Below are positions 19,485-28,138 of a stretch of 64,000 nt of DNA, piece after piece; positions within the stretch are counted from its first letter, which is position 1, and every line of letters begins with the position of its first letter. Origin of the DNA: an uncultured delta proteobacterium (lineage in GTDB: Bacteria > Desulfobacterota > Syntrophorhabdia > Syntrophorhabdales > WCHB1-27); contig CAWEPK010000005.1 in the NCBI GenBank assembly GCA_963810935.1, forward strand, positions 64,001 through 128,000, read 5' to 3'. The position numbers and the translations under genes are program-made. The notes under the pieces were generated by a model, which was given only the letters and a program-made list of their open reading frames with translations, was not told the DNA's origin and searched no databases.

Positions 19485-20558
19485 ATGGAGATTGATAGGG
19501 TACAGGATTTTGTGGTTGAAGGTAAAGAGGTTTTTATCGGTTTGGAAGACTCAAAGAAGACCTGGAAGATAGCAGTTCGGTGCGACAGGATGGTGATCCA
19601 CCAGGTATCCATGGAGGCAAAGTATGTCTTGCTGAAGCAATACCTGAGAAACAGGTTCCCCGGTTGCACGGTCCATTTGATGTACGAAGCAGGCTTCAAG
19701 GGGTTCAACCTTCACGATCTTCTTGCCGAAGACGGCATCGACTGCGTGGTGATCCCTCCCCATATGGTGACGGAGCCGAAGGCAAACAAGGTTAAGACCG
19801 ATAAAAGGGATGCAAACCGTCTCGCCCGCATCCTGGAGAGCCACGATTACGGGGACCCCTGCTGTGTACCCGACAAAGAGAGGAGGGAGGACCGGCAGGT
19901 AAGCCGTACCATAATCGCCATACAGAAGGATATCATCGGTAACCGCAACCGCATCCGCAAGCTCCTCGACTTTCACGGGATCGAGGGCCCCTTTGCCGGT
20001 AAGAGCGAAGGGGCGAAAGGAGTTCGAGGGTCTTCGGACATTACCCCTGAGCGATCCCTTAAGGGCAGCTCTGGGCTCGCTTTTGACCATACTGGAGGAA
20101 CTGTGGGGCCAGCGTGCGGTCTTGAGGGACTATCTCCGGGGTCTGTGCAAGAAGGAGCGTTATAGAAAGCCCTACGAGGTCGCAAAGAGCATCCCCGGCA
20201 TAGGGTGGTTCACAGCCATCCGCCTGATATTAGAGTGGGGGAGGATCTCTCCCGTTTCGGAAGCGGGAAGAAGATCGCAGGCTTCGTGGGGTTGGGCTGC
20301 AGCGAGCATTCGACGGGCCAGACCGAACGGAAAGGTCGTATCACGGGCATGGGGTCGGGGTTCATACGGCATATCCTGGTCGAGAATGCCTGGATAGCGA
20401 TCAGAAAGGACCCGGCCCTGCTGTCCAAGTTCTCACGGGTATGGCGGTCGAGCGGCAGTAAGAAGAAAGCCATAGTGGCAGTTGCCCGTACTCTTATTGT
20501 GCGCCTTCGGGCCTGCATGCTTTCGGGCAGGCCTTATACGGTCGGAGTTATTAGATAG
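19485..20558 (+). CDS. IS110-family (DEDD/RuvC-like + Tnp20) recombinase with two apparent frameshifts near 19990 and 20238
   Basis: FIGLEDSK, YEAG, KTDKRDA, SIPGIG, SEHSTG, KKAIVAVAR motifs across ORFs 19485-20165, 19993-20397 and 20205-20558. Confidence 0.92.
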
Positions 20559-20561
20559 GAT

Positions 20562-20733
20562 GAGCCTGACGGAAGAGGACCTTAACGGAACAAGGGCGTA
20601 CAACGCCACGTACGCTGTATTAAAGAACGGCCCGGAGTATGTTGACGCCCGTTCCTCTTTTTTCGAAAAGCAGACACATGTGGGTTGGACCACGAATAGC
20701 AGCTTGCAAAGAACCTCCTCTTCAAAAAGGCTC
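20562..20733 (+). ncRNA. Predicted bridge/seek RNA of the IS110 element
   Basis: Closing stems GAGCCT/AGGCTC and GAAGAGGA/TCCTCTTC; loop 1 holds ACGTACGCT (20608-20616) and CCGGAG (20632-20637), matching the target flanks; loop 2 holds ATAGCAG (20696-20702), identical to the IS right end 20880-20886. Confidence 0.75.
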
Positions 20734-21136
20734 GCGCTTCGGCCGCGGACCTGTGTAAGGTCGTCGGCCTCGCGCTCGCTATCGGATATGTACTCATAAT
20801 AACAAGGGAAAGTCATGGACTGACCCATAAAGAAAAGGGGGTAGCAAAAGCCCGCTGGAAGAATCCGTTGACTTTTATCATAGCAGGCGTACGTTTGTAG
20901 ACCTTCGGGTGTACTGGAAGGATGAAGTGGGCGAGTATAAGTCGTCAAAGAAAGGAATTGCCCTTTACGATGAGACCATTGACCCGGTTATCGAGGCGCT
21001 CAAGAAAGCGAGTAAGGCCCTTGAAAAGTGAGACAACCTATTCCTCTCGCGCCCGCGTATATAAATCACGGAATCTATCCGTGGTCCCCTTCAACCGGCT
21101 GTATCCTAGTCCTATACCTCTCGCGTTTTTTGTCAT

Positions 21137-21712
21137 TTGCGCGTCAACCATCATCCCTATGCACCTTCAACGAAGCTTATCGAACGGTACCAAACCGACT
21201 GTCTTGAACAAGGGCATCAGAGAGATAAAGAGGGCAAGGTTGTACCAGGAAACATGCCAGCGACGATAAACCGGCATGTCGCTGTCATGAAACAAATGTT
21301 TACCAAGGCCGCCGAGTGGGAAATGGTCGAAGAAGAACGCTCAAAGATCGTCCACAAGGTGAAGCTGCTTGAAGAGAACAACAACAGGCTACGTTTTCTG
21401 TCCAAAGACAAATGCCAAGCCCTTGTGAAGGCTTCTGACGCGCACCTCAGACCCATTGTTATCTGTGCCCTTAATGCAGGGGTGAGAAATGGCGAAATCT
21501 TTGGGCTAAAGTGGGACGATGTAGACCTGAAGCACAGTTTCATCCTTCTACAAATCACAAAGAACGGGGAGGGCCGCGAGATACCGATCAACAGGACACT
21601 CAGAGCAACCTTCGATGACCCTCTACGCGGGAACGAAAGAACGGCCCAGGCGTCTCGATATCCCATACGTCTTCCAGGTATACAAAAACTATACAATCGG
21701 GAAGATGTATGA
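21137..21712 (+). pseudogene. Truncated tyrosine recombinase (phage-type integrase)
   Basis: ATINRH, RLRFLS, ALNAGVRNGEIFGLKWDDVD, TKNGEGREIPIN; no HxxR or catalytic Tyr region; ends ~30 bp from tRNA-Cys. Confidence 0.8.
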
Positions 21713-21744
21713 TCGGGTGATGTTAGTTAAGTTGTTGAAATTAG

Positions 21745-21819
21745 TGGAGGCGGCATCCGGATTTGAACCGGAGAATAACGGTTTTGCAGACCGCTGCCTT
21801 ACCACTTGGCTATGCCGCC
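21745..21819 (-). tRNA. tRNA-Cys(GCA)
   Basis: GGCGGCATAGCCAAGTGGTAAGGC...CTGCAAA...GGTTCAAATCC...GCCGCCTCCA cloverleaf with encoded CCA. Confidence 0.97.
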
Positions 21820-21825
21820 ACTTGA

Positions 21826-21890
21826 GGAGCGGGCACGCTTTCACCCGCGACATATGTGTTTTTGGAGCGGGCAACGTCTCCACCCGCGAC
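21826..21890 (-). repeat. Two degenerate tandem copies of the tRNA-Gly 3' end
   Basis: GGAGCGGG..ACG...ACCCGCGAC at 21826-21851 and 21862-21890 versus the true tRNA end starting at 21902; period ~38-39 bp. Confidence 0.75.
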
Positions 21891-21901
21891 GCTTTTGTAT
21901 T

Positions 21902-21976
<75 letters not shown>

Positions 21977-22016
21977 TAATGCTGTAATGATACCGAAAAT
22001 CCCGGCCTGTGTCAAC

Positions 22017-22424
22017 TCAGTATTCCGACAAATCGGGCTTTGCCCGTCTCGCTTTCTTGCTCGTCTGCAAGTGCTTCATCTCCAGCACCTTTTCTTTCGC
22101 GCGTCTGGAGCGTCGCCTTTTCTGCCGCCTCACCTTTTCTATGGCCTTTTGCTGTTCGCTCTGCCTGCCCTCGACCATGTTCTCGATCTTCTGCACAAGG
22201 AGCCTTCGCGCGAAAAACCGGTTAGCGGCCTGGTAGCGCTCCTGCTGGCACTTCACTTCCAGGCCCGTAGGCAAATGCTTCAGATAAACGCAGGTGTTAA
22301 CCTTGTTGACGTTCTGGCCGCCGTGGCCCCTCGACCGCACGAAGCGCTCGATTATGTCCGTTTCCCGTATACCGAGACGCTCCATCCGCTCCTGCAGGGC
22401 CTTCTCTTTTTCGCTGCTTACCAT
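22017..22424 (-). CDS. Peptide chain release factor-like protein (RF-1 domain, ArfB-like)
   Basis: RSRGHGGQNVNK motif and basic C-terminal tail. Confidence 0.85.
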   Translation of the reverse strand: MVSSEKEKALQERMERLGIRETDIIERFVRSRGHGGQNVNKVNTCVYLKHLPTGLEVKCQQERYQAANRFFARRLLVQKIENMVEGRQSEQQKAIEKVRRQKRRRSRRAKEKVLEMKHLQTSKKARRAKPDLSEY

Positions 22425-22544
22425 CTGCTCTATCTCCACGAAAAGTATAAACCTTAAAGGGGGCTGCTGTGAAGTCCCCACCGGAATCAATGACCGTTTT
22501 GCAAGCATCTCACCTATCCAGGACAACGAGCGAAGCGAGTCATT

Positions 22545-22673
22545 GAGGGGGTGGCTCCGCGCGCTTTGCGCGCGGAGGGGGCGACGCGAGCCCCGGTATC
22601 TTTTAATGCCTCTTCTTTTTGATGAGGGGGTGGCTCCACGAGCTTTGCTCGTGGAGGGGGCGACGCGAGCCCC
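22545..22673 (+). repeat. REP-like family B, two tandem 50-bp copies (22545-22594, 22624-22673)
   Basis: GAGGGGGTGGCTCC-[6-bp stem, TTT loop]-GGAGGGGGCGACGCGAGCCCC; stems differ by compensatory changes. Confidence 0.85.
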
Positions 22674-22714
22674 AATAGTTGACGCGCTTCACCCAAGTCC
22701 CTTACAATTAACCC

Positions 22715-23713
22715 GTGTTTTCATTGGGCGCCCTGCAACTGTCCACTCCCGTTATCCTCGCCCCCATGGCGGGCGTGACGGACCTGCCTTTCCGGCTGAT
22801 CGCGAGGGAATTCGGCTGCCGGCTGGCCTTTACCGAAATGGTGAACGCAAGGGCGCTCGCCTTCGAGAACCGGGCGACCGTCGGCCTTCTCAGGTCCGCG
22901 CCGGAAGACCGCCCGCTGGGTGTCCAACTGCTCGGACGGGACCCGGACTTTCTCGTGCGGGCCGTCGAGACGCTTAGAGGCTACCCCTGCGACCTCATCG
23001 ATCTTAATGCGGCCTGCCCGGTCCATAAAGTCACGAAAAAGGGAGAGGGGGCAGCCCTTTTGCGCGAGCCGGCCACACTATCCCGGCTGGTGCAGGCCCT
23101 CGTCAGATGCTCGCCCGTGCCCGTCACCGTCAAGATACGCTCGGGATGGGATGCGGCATCCATCAACGCGCCGGAGATAGCAAAAATCGCAGCCGGCGCG
23201 GGGGCGGGCGCAATCTGCGTGCACGGCCGCACAAGAAGGCAGGGGTACGCGGGCACGGCCGATACGGCCGTAATTAAGGCCGTCAAGGAGGCCGTCCACA
23301 TCCCCGTCATCGCATCCGGGGACATATGGTCGCCCGACGCAGTAATCAAGACCTTCGAGACGACAGGTTGCGACGCGGTCATGATAGCAAGGGGCGCATT
23401 GGGTAACCCCTGGATATTTCAGGACCTGGCTGCTTTCTACGCGGAGGGGGAGGCGCCTGCGGGTTCGTTCTCCCTGGCAGAGCGGCATGAGGTCAGCCGG
23501 ATGCACGCCCGCTCGATAGAGGAGGTCAAGACGGTGATGGCGCGCCACCTGCGGCTGTCCGTAGCCCACGACGGGGCCGAAAAGGGCGTTATCGCTTTTC
23601 GCAAAGCCTTCGTCTGGTACAGCCGGGGGCTGCCGAACGCGCGCACCTTGCGGCCGAAGGCCGTGCGCGTGTCGGGAGTCGAGGAAATGCTGGCCCTCAT
23701 CGACGAGCTATAA
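22715..23713 (+). CDS. dusB: tRNA-dihydrouridine synthase B family
   Basis: LAPMAGVTD, DLNAACP, VTVKIRSGW, HGRT, IARGALGNPW. Confidence 0.9.
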   Translation: MFSLGALQLSTPVILAPMAGVTDLPFRLIAREFGCRLAFTEMVNARALAFENRATVGLLRSAPEDRPLGVQLLGRDPDFLVRAVETLRGYPCDLIDLNAACPVHKVTKKGEGAALLREPATLSRLVQALVRCSPVPVTVKIRSGWDAASINAPEIAKIAAGAGAGAICVHGRTRRQGYAGTADTAVIKAVKEAVHIPVIASGDIWSPDAVIKTFETTGCDAVMIARGALGNPWIFQDLAAFYAEGEAPAGSFSLAERHEVSRMHARSIEEVKTVMARHLRLSVAHDGAEKGVIAFRKAFVWYSRGLPNARTLRPKAVRVSGVEEMLALIDEL

Positions 23714-24425
23714 ACGCCTCAATCGCACGGTTGGTCTCTTCCGGCTTCTCGATCATGACCATGTGGCCTGCGCCGGGGACCACGGAAAGACGCGCGCCGG
23801 ATATCTGCGCGGCCAGGTATTCAGCGTACCTGGGGGGCGTCAGCAGGTCGTTCTCGCCTGTTATGATGAGCGTGGGGAGCGTTATGGACCCTATCTCCTT
23901 CATCATATCCACGCCGTCGCAGGCCGAGAAGTCGCCGTGAATAATCTCTTCAGGCGCAGCCGTCATCATCGAGATGCCTTCCTCGACGAGGTCCGGCGGA
24001 GCTTTTTTCGAGAAGGCAAAGCCCATAATGCCCCTTACCGCTTTCTCCTTGTCCTTGAGGATGCCTTCCAATATCTCCGGGAATACCCGAAGCCGCGCCC
24101 CCGTCCCCAGAAGGATCAGGCCGGACAGGAGGCCGGGGCGGTCGAGGGCGAGACGGGCCGCTATGGCCCCGCCCATGGAATGGCCCGCAAGGCAACACCC
24201 GGCGAGGCCGTTCTCTTCGATTGCAGCAGCCACGGATGCGGCGTAGCCGCCGATTTCCCGGCAGCCCTCACCAGGCGATCTCCCGTGACCGGGCAAATCC
24301 ATGAGGATTACTTCACATACCTTATCGAGGCCCTTTTGAAAACGCCAGGCAGCGCGGCTCCCCCCTGCGCCGTGCACGAAAAGCACCTTCTCCCCACTGC
24401 CGCATCTCTCCAGGTAGACGCCCAT
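23697..24425 (-). CDS. Alpha/beta hydrolase
   Basis: HGAGG, DLPGHG, GHSMGG nucleophile elbow, AGHM. Confidence 0.9.
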   Translation of the reverse strand: MGVYLERCGSGEKVLFVHGAGGSRAAWRFQKGLDKVCEVILMDLPGHGRSPGEGCREIGGYAASVAAAIEENGLAGCCLAGHSMGGAIAARLALDRPGLLSGLILLGTGARLRVFPEILEGILKDKEKAVRGIMGFAFSKKAPPDLVEEGISMMTAAPEEIIHGDFSACDGVDMMKEIGSITLPTLIITGENDLLTPPRYAEYLAAQISGARLSVVPGAGHMVMIEKPEETNRAIEAFIARR

Positions 24426-24481
24426 CGCAACCTCCCAGAATTGTATTGCAAAAAGACGGATAGCCATTATAGTATGACGAC

Positions 24482-24758
24482 ATGAGGGTTTTTGCAACGG
24501 CGATCGCCGTCTCCCTTCTCTTCTGCGCGTGCCAGAAAGCGCCCCACGCCACCTCCACCAAAGTCCGTCCACGAAGTACAAGCGGACGACCAGTATGCCC
24601 AGGAGCTGAACGAGATAAAGAAGAACATCAAGGGCGAGATCAGAATCAAGCTGAAAAGGGACGGAAAAGGCGAATCCTATAGCTGGGAGATCACCGGTAA
24701 AGACCCGCGCGAAATCCTTAAAGCCAACGACGTGCTGGCAAAAAAGCTAGGTAATTAG
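24482..24758 (+). CDS. Small hypothetical lipoprotein (apparent frameshift near 24545)
   Basis: Lipobox-like LFCAC in 24482-24682 joins the C-terminal frame of 24492-24758. Confidence 0.55.
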
Positions 24759-24773
24759 TGAGGGAGTGAGGCG

Positions 24774-25796
24774 TTACGGATATTGCGGGAGGAACGCGAG
24801 CCCCTTCGTCTCATCGATGCCCAGGCAAACGTTCATATTCTGCACCGCCTGGCCGGACGCCCCCTTGACGAGGTTGTCTATCGCCGAGATCAGTATAAAC
24901 CGCCCGTCCTCGAAGGTCTTTACGCCGATATCGCAGTAGTTCGAGAACCGCACGAACCGCGTGTCCGGGAAAACCCCTTCATCCAGGACGCGCACAAACG
25001 GAGCGTCTTTATACGCCTCCCGGTAGAGGTCGAGCAGCTTTCCTGACGGAACGTATTGATTAAGGCTCCCGTATATAGTCGTCAGGATGCCTCTGTTTAT
25101 AGGCAGCAGATGAGGTGTGAAGGTCGTCGTGACGTCAGCAAGCTTCGACAGCTCCTTCTGTATTTCCGGCTCGTGCCTGTGGGTGCCGACGCCGTATGCC
25201 CGGAAGCCTTCCGCGACTTCGCAAAAGAGGTTCCCCACCTTTGCCTCCCGGCCCGCGCCGCTCACGCCGGACTTAGAATCGACGAAAATGCGCCCGCCGG
25301 CCAGACCGGCCTTAAGCATGGGGTAAAGGGCAAGGATGGCGCTCGTCGGGTAACAGCCCGGATTCCCCACCAAGCGCGCACCCGAAAGCTTTTGCCGATG
25401 GATCTCAGGAAGGCCGTAGACTGCCTTCGGCAACAGGTCTGCGGCGGGGTGCGGACCGTAGGTCTTCTCGTAGAGGGCTTTGTCTTCGAAGCGGAAAGCG
25501 GCGGCAAGATCGATGATAAGGGCCCGGTCGTCGAACAGGCCCCTGGCTGCCGATGCGGAGACGCCGTGGGGCAGGCAGAGGAAATAGACGTCGCAGGCGC
25601 CCTTGTAATCCGCGTCGGTCGCCTCGAGGGGCATCTCCAGCCGCCCCCTGAAGAGGGGGAAGACCTCCGAGATCTTTTTCCCCCTGTAAGTGTTCGACGT
25701 AATAAGTGTGACTTGCACGTCGGGATGACCGAGCAGAATGGACAGGAGGACAGCTCCCGTATATCCGGTGGCCCCGAGGACCCCTGCGCGCAACAT
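24774..25796 (-). CDS. argC: N-acetyl-gamma-glutamyl-phosphate reductase
   Basis: GATGYTG, NPGCYPT, SGVSGAG, IDNLVKGASGQAVQN. Confidence 0.96.
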   Translation of the reverse strand: MLRAGVLGATGYTGAVLLSILLGHPDVQVTLITSNTYRGKKISEVFPLFRGRLEMPLEATDADYKGACDVYFLCLPHGVSASAARGLFDDRALIIDLAAAFRFEDKALYEKTYGPHPAADLLPKAVYGLPEIHRQKLSGARLVGNPGCYPTSAILALYPMLKAGLAGGRIFVDSKSGVSGAGREAKVGNLFCEVAEGFRAYGVGTHRHEPEIQKELSKLADVTTTFTPHLLPINRGILTTIYGSLNQYVPSGKLLDLYREAYKDAPFVRVLDEGVFPDTRFVRFSNYCDIGVKTFEDGRFILISAIDNLVKGASGQAVQNMNVCLGIDETKGLAFLPQYP

Positions 25797-25802
25797 GGTC
25801 TG

Positions 25803-26195
25803 TTATCTCTTGGAGAACTGGAAGCTTGCCCTTGCAGCCTTCTTCCCGTACTTCTTTCTTTCCTTGACCCTTGGGTCTCTGGTGATGAGACCCTGTTTCT
25901 TCAAAAGTACCCTGAGTCCTGCGTTGAACTCGAGGAGCGCTTTCGCTATTCCGTGTCCGAGGGCCCAGGCCTGGGCAGGCACGCCGCCGCCGTAGATGTT
26001 GGCGACGACATCGAATTTGTCGGCGTTCCCGGTGATCGCGAAAGGCTTATTGACCATCAGGCGCCACTCTTCCAAGGGAAAATAATTGTCGAGGGTCCTG
26101 CCGTTGACGACGTAATGGCCCTCGCCCGGCTTTATCCATACCCTCGCAACTGCGGTCTTCCTTTTCCCCGTTGCGTAAAACCTCTTATCAGGCAC
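25803..26195 (-). CDS. rpsI: 30S ribosomal protein S9
   Basis: [10 protein letters not shown]...[13 protein letters not shown]...QFSKR. Confidence 0.97.
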   Translation of the reverse strand: MPDKRFYATGKRKTAVARVWIKPGEGHYVVNGRTLDNYFPLEEWRLMVNKPFAITGNADKFDVVANIYGGGVPAQAWALGHGIAKALLEFNAGLRVLLKKQGLITRDPRVKERKKYGKKAARASFQFSKR

Positions 26196-26640
26196 TCCTT
26201 ACCTCCTTCACGTCGAGCGTCTCGGGCATCTGTGCCTTGTGGGGATGCTCACCCCCCCGGTATACCTTCAGCTTCTTCAGCATCCGTCTCCCGAGCGCGT
26301 TCTTGGGAAGCATGCCCTTCACCGAAAGCCTGATAATATCTTCCGGCTTAGTGGCAAGAAGCGTCCTTGCGTTCACCTGCCGCAGCCCCCCGGGGTAACC
26401 GCTATACCGCGCATAGGTCTTCTGATCGATTTTGTTGCCGGTCAGCCGCACCTTTTCTGCGTTGACTACGACCACATAGTCCCCGGTGTCGGTATGCGGA
26501 GTATAGATGGCCTTATGCTTCCCCCTCAGAATAGAGGCAATCCTGGCTGACAACCGCCCGAGGACGGCGTCGCTGGCATCCGCCACGTACCACTTCTTAT
26601 TCAGGTCTTCTTCTTTCGGAAAAAACGTATCCATCCGCAC
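26188..26640 (-). CDS. rplM: 50S ribosomal protein L13
   Basis: [28 protein letters not shown]. Confidence 0.97.
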   Translation of the reverse strand: MRMDTFFPKEEDLNKKWYVADASDAVLGRLSARIASILRGKHKAIYTPHTDTGDYVVVVNAEKVRLTGNKIDQKTYARYSGYPGGLRQVNARTLLATKPEDIIRLSVKGMLPKNALGRRMLKKLKVYRGGEHPHKAQMPETLDVKEVRSA

Positions 26641-26691
26641 ACCTTTAGCTTAAAACGTAATATACTTGTGGGTCCAAGTCAAGAAAGGAGG

Positions 26692-26976
26692 TTACTTCTT
26701 TCCTGCGGCTCTCTTCGAAGCCTTCAGGGGATTGATCTTCTGCTCCTCTGCTTTAGCCGCTTTCTTTATATGTGTGGCCATCGAACAGTTTGCGTTCTGC
26801 CACTTCTGCGCCGGATAAGGAAAGTTGCTGCAATACTTACCCGTCGAGAACTCGACGGTCCTGGTGCAACCCTCACAACTCTCTATGACGGCGTGGCACT
26901 TCCCCCCATTATACGAACAGCCTGTCTTTTTCATGAACAGGCATTCAACACCTGGTTTTTGCGTCTGGCACTGCAT
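26692..26976 (-). CDS. PxxKW-family cysteine-rich protein
   Basis: Multiple Cys, PAQKW, C-terminal INPLKASKR. Confidence 0.8.
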   Translation of the reverse strand: MQCQTQKPGVECLFMKKTGCSYNGGKCHAVIESCEGCTRTVEFSTGKYCSNFPYPAQKWQNANCSMATHIKKAAKAEEQKINPLKASKRAAGKK

Positions 26977-27292
26977 AACGGCATCACCTCCTTTTTCTAT
27001 TTCGGACGAATATTTAACTATAAATTCGCAGTAGTGTCAAATGGTTTTTCGGCCTCCCGCCTACCGGCCGGCAAAACTATTGTATCCAGACCGGAACTTC
27101 ATGGGGCAAGTGCGGCGATGGAACGCAAGCGCGGCCGGGGCGCCGCTCAAAGGCCGGCCTTGACGTACGGAGGTTGGTGCTTGGAAACATCCGGTCCCCT
27201 ATCGCGTTATTAGCACGAAAACGTTGAAACTTTAGGCCCCGTAAGGGCTTTCCCGACCTCCGGCCGTCCTTGAGAGTACCGCACGCCTCCGC

Positions 27293-27319
27293 TTAATTTT
27301 TTCCTCCGTCCGTCGATAA
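27293..27319 (+). promoter_or_regulatory. Possible sigma28 (FliA)-type promoter
   Basis: TTAA-N15-GTCGATAA ending 9 nt before the HDOD gene start. Confidence 0.4.
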
Positions 27320-27328
27320 AAATGTTAC

Positions 27329-28138
27329 ATGAAAACGCTTACACCAAGGGAAGAGCTATTTTCAACAGCAGAAACGCTAAAGGTTCTGCCCACTTTAAGC
27401 ACGATTATCGACGAAGTCTTGCGCATCCTGGCTGACGATAACTCCTCTTTTCACAGCCTTTTCAATGTGGTCAGGTACGATCAGGCCATATCCTCAAAGA
27501 TCATCAGCATAGCGAATTCGGCCTATTTCAACAGGGGGTCGCAGATAGTCCACCTGGAAAGGGCCATGGTTGGCATAGGCTTCGACGAGATACGGAGGGT
27601 CGTAATGTGTCTCGTCTTCCTGAAGGAAATGCTGGGCCGATGGAAGCTGAGCCAGGAGGACCTCGCGTCCCTCTGGAGCCACACGCTCTCGGTTGCCTGC
27701 GCGGCCAAGGTCCTCGCGGAGAAAACAATGACGGAGGACCGGGAGAAGGTCTTTACGGTCGCGATCCTCCACGACCTGGGCAAGGTCCCCCTCTTCCTGT
27801 ACGGCGATCTCTACCGCAAGATGCGGGCGGAAGCGGCCGCAAACGGCGGTGACATCTGCTCCATGGAAAAAGAGGCATTTGACATCGACCATACGGAGCT
27901 GGGCCATTTTATAGCGGTAAAGTGGAGGTTTCCCGAAGAGTTTGCCGACGTTATACTGAAGCACCATTCCGGCGGAGCGGAAAGCGCCGTACCTCTCATC
28001 GACATAGTAAGGAAGGCAGACATATTCGTCGAGAGGCCGACCGTGGACCTGGGACCGGCCGGCGCGCTCTTGCGGGAAGAGGCCGCTAACATAGCGGCCG
28101 AGACAAACAGGATTTCGGAGCTGCTCGGGGTGTCATGA
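27329..28138 (+). CDS. HDOD-domain signalling protein
   Basis: LPTL, ISIANSAYF, LWSH, LHDLGK, DHTELG-x5-W-FP. Confidence 0.9.
   Translation: MKTLTPREELFSTAETLKVLPTLSTIIDEVLRILADDNSSFHSLFNVVRYDQAISSKIISIANSAYFNRGSQIVHLERAMVGIGFDEIRRVVMCLVFLKEMLGRWKLSQEDLASLWSHTLSVACAAKVLAEKTMTEDREKVFTVAILHDLGKVPLFLYGDLYRKMRAEAAANGGDICSMEKEAFDIDHTELGHFIAVKWRFPEEFADVILKHHSGGAESAVPLIDIVRKADIFVERPTVDLGPAGALLREEAANIAAETNRISELLGVS

Larger units (their letters stand above)
19380..20886 (+). mobile_element. IS110-family insertion sequence, IS1111-like layout with a long 3' non-coding end, 1507 bp
   Basis: AG core at both junctions (19378-19379 and 20885-20886); imperfect sub-terminal IRs CTATGCTATAAAAG / CTTTTATCATAG; DEDD transposase; excision restores a host ORF. 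Confidence 0.9.
19312..21031 (+). pseudogene. PC4/YdbC-like ssDNA-binding protein gene (70 aa) split by the IS110 insertion: 19312-19379 + 20887-21031
   Basis: Removing 19380-20886 restores MKIAEIDKNKTEKIFISIEEYRRRTFVDLRVYWKDEVGEYKSSKKGIALYDETIDPVIEALKKASKALEK*; AGGAGG RBS upstream. Confidence 0.85.
16280..21744. mobile_element. Degraded genomic island adjacent to tRNA-Cys
   Basis: Visibly lower GC than flanks; integrase fragment abutting the tRNA 3' end; contains IS110, PC4-like and HD-domain genes; left boundary approximate, no att duplication found. Confidence 0.65.

Noticed and set aside
19980..20245. Programmed ribosomal frameshifting in the IS110 transposase
   Set aside because: Not a known feature of IS110; two separate shifts at G/C runs match the error pattern seen across the window
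20433..20948. ORFs overlapping the IS110 3' end (20433-20948 -, 20482-20799 +, 20582-20797 -)
   Set aside because: No RBS or protein motifs; the region is better explained as structured RNA plus the IS end
22545..22673. Possible CRISPR repeat-spacer-repeat
   Set aside because: Only two 50-bp units that differ internally, with dispersed relatives elsewhere; fits a REP-like family better
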